40,853 nt of DNA, taken from NCBI GenBank assembly GCA_002784505.1, contig PFLF01000043.1, forward strand, positions 1 through 40,853. The letters are read 5' to 3'. Shown here piece by piece: positions 40,133 to 40,853 of the stretch (within the stretch, counting starts at the first letter, position 1; every line of letters begins with the position of its first letter). Source of the DNA: Candidatus Roizmanbacteria bacterium CG_4_10_14_0_8_um_filter_39_9. GTDB taxonomy: Bacteria > Patescibacteriota > Microgenomatia > UBA1406 > GWC2-37-13. The position numbers were made by a program, and so were the translations under genes. A model generated the notes under the pieces. It was not told the DNA's origin. It searched no databases and worked only from the letters and a program-made list of their open reading frames with translations.

Positions 40133-40291
40133 TTACTTATCTTTCAAGCGGAGTAAAACATCCATTTGCCCCTCTAGTCGCCCAACCTTTTCTTTTAAAT
40201 CAAATAGCTCCTTTAAAAGATGAGGTGGTAAGTCGTGTGGTGGTGGTCCTTTTTTTTCTTCCTTCTTTGTTTCTTCTTGATTTGTAGCCAT
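40133..40291 (-). CDS. Unannotated small ORF (52 aa), Lys/Glu-rich N-terminus, PPP, predicted C-terminal helix
   Basis: The product is MATNQEETKKEEKKGPPPHDLPPHLLKELFDLKEKVGRLEGQMDVLLRLKDK. It is below the 60-aa cutoff of the track. The ATG is preceded by GAGGGGAGGTGAAAA, the same 15-mer SD as the TasA-like gene. Confidence 0.4.
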   Translation of the reverse strand: MATNQEETKKEEKKGPPPHDLPPHLLKELFDLKEKVGRLEGQMDVLLRLKDK

Positions 40292-40332
40292 AATTTTCAC
40301 CTCCCCTCATTGTATTAAATTTTTTAAATACA

Positions 40333-40815
40333 TCAGTAAAAAAATAAAGACAAGACTAATATATAGTAACCTAGTATAAATATACTAAAAAGCAACCCAA
40401 AAATCACATAAGAACCAAAAGTAATTCTCGAACCCTCGGGATAATTTTTAGTTTCTTGACTAAGAATAATTCCCGCTGAGGCAGCAGTTACCAGACTGGA
40501 ACTCCCTGCAAAAATGCCGGAACCAAGAGCCCAAGCGGCAAGATGAGTAGGTGCTTGAGAATGTACAATTGGTGTTGCGGCAGAAGCCCATGAAGCAGCC
40601 TCAGTTAAAAGTGTTCCAACATAAGAGGCTACGGCAATAGTCCACACACTCATGCCAGATTGTGAAAGCCAATGTTGAATAGAACTGCCTATTCCAATGC
40701 TTGAATGTGCAAGAACTTGGGCAAGAACAAAAATTGAGGCGAGAGTTGCATAAGTTTCAATACCAAGTGCTAAAAGGGTTTCTGATCTGTGCTCACTATA
40801 ATCAATTATATCCAC
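40333..40815 (-). CDS. Hydrophobic membrane protein resembling the C-terminal part of an ArsB/NhaD/CitMHS-type permease; possibly a truncated gene
   Basis: There are 4-5 TM segments, and 'GSGIFAGSSSLVTAASAGIILSQ' looks like a permease hairpin. The only start candidate is a GTG, and an in-frame TAG at 40846-40848 closes the frame upstream. Confidence 0.4.
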   Translation of the reverse strand: MDIIDYSEHRSETLLALGIETYATLASIFVLAQVLAHSSIGIGSSIQHWLSQSGMSVWTIAVASYVGTLLTEAASWASAATPIVHSQAPTHLAAWALGSGIFAGSSSLVTAASAGIILSQETKNYPEGSRITFGSYVIFGLLFSIFILGYYILVLSLFFY

Positions 40816-40853
40816 CGCCTCTGGCGGTGAGCGCTCAAAAAGGTTCTACCAGT

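Noticed and set aside
1-40853. Alternative genetic code (UGA recoding, as in some CPR lineages), diversity-generating retroelements, toxin-antitoxin pairs or known defence systems
   Set aside because: - Long uninterrupted ORFs terminate with TAA, TAG and TGA at sensible positions under the standard code.
- No reverse transcriptase or template/variable repeat pair is visible.
- No nuclease/ATPase defence-type gene pair is visible.

Overview
This is an AT-rich bacterial window that uses the standard genetic code. I ran no database searches, so every call rests on reading the translated ORFs and the DNA. The gene content and style suggest an uncultured CPR/Patescibacteria-like lineage: tightly packed genes, an archaeal-type signal peptidase, many surface-glycosylation genes and few recognisable SD sites. 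That placement is inference only.

Layout:
- 1-7.7 kb: cell-division block murG'-ftsQ-ftsA-ftsZ, then ileS and a SEDS (FtsW/RodA) gene.
- 7.8-10.9 kb: two unknown membrane-anchored proteins, rplU-rpmA, a ParB-like protein lacking the N-terminal domain, lepB and tRNA-Val.
- 10.9-13.7 kb: a large unknown exported protein, then an IS200/RAYT-type HUH tyrosine transposase bracketed by 39-nt REP-like palindromes.
- 13.8-22 kb, minus strand: the most interesting locus. It holds a TasA/camelysin-like small secreted subunit, a SipW-type signal peptidase fused to a ~930-aa FN3/lamin-tail ectodomain, and a second TasA-fold protein with a C-terminal membrane anchor. These are preceded by a secreted beta-propeller/LCAT-like lipase fusion. 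I read this as a candidate, uncharacterised TasA-like surface-fibre system.
- 22-34.8 kb: a surface-glycan island with SAM methyltransferases, a DUF2142-like protein, YfhO, GT2 and GT4 enzymes, a GT2-Wzx fusion and an O-antigen-ligase-like protein. Two GT genes carry in-frame insertions of short repeat modules: NNCAAAT heptamer arrays and a 21-nt REP copy.
- 34.8-40.8 kb: an Ig-like surface protein, tRNA-Thr, three tandem alpha/beta hydrolases, an ArsR-family regulator with vicinal Cys pairs next to a Cys-tailed miniprotein, a PlsC-like acyltransferase, a structured non-coding stretch with an unannotated 52-aa ORF, and a possibly truncated transporter-like gene.

I found no rRNA, CRISPR array, prophage or recognisable defence system.
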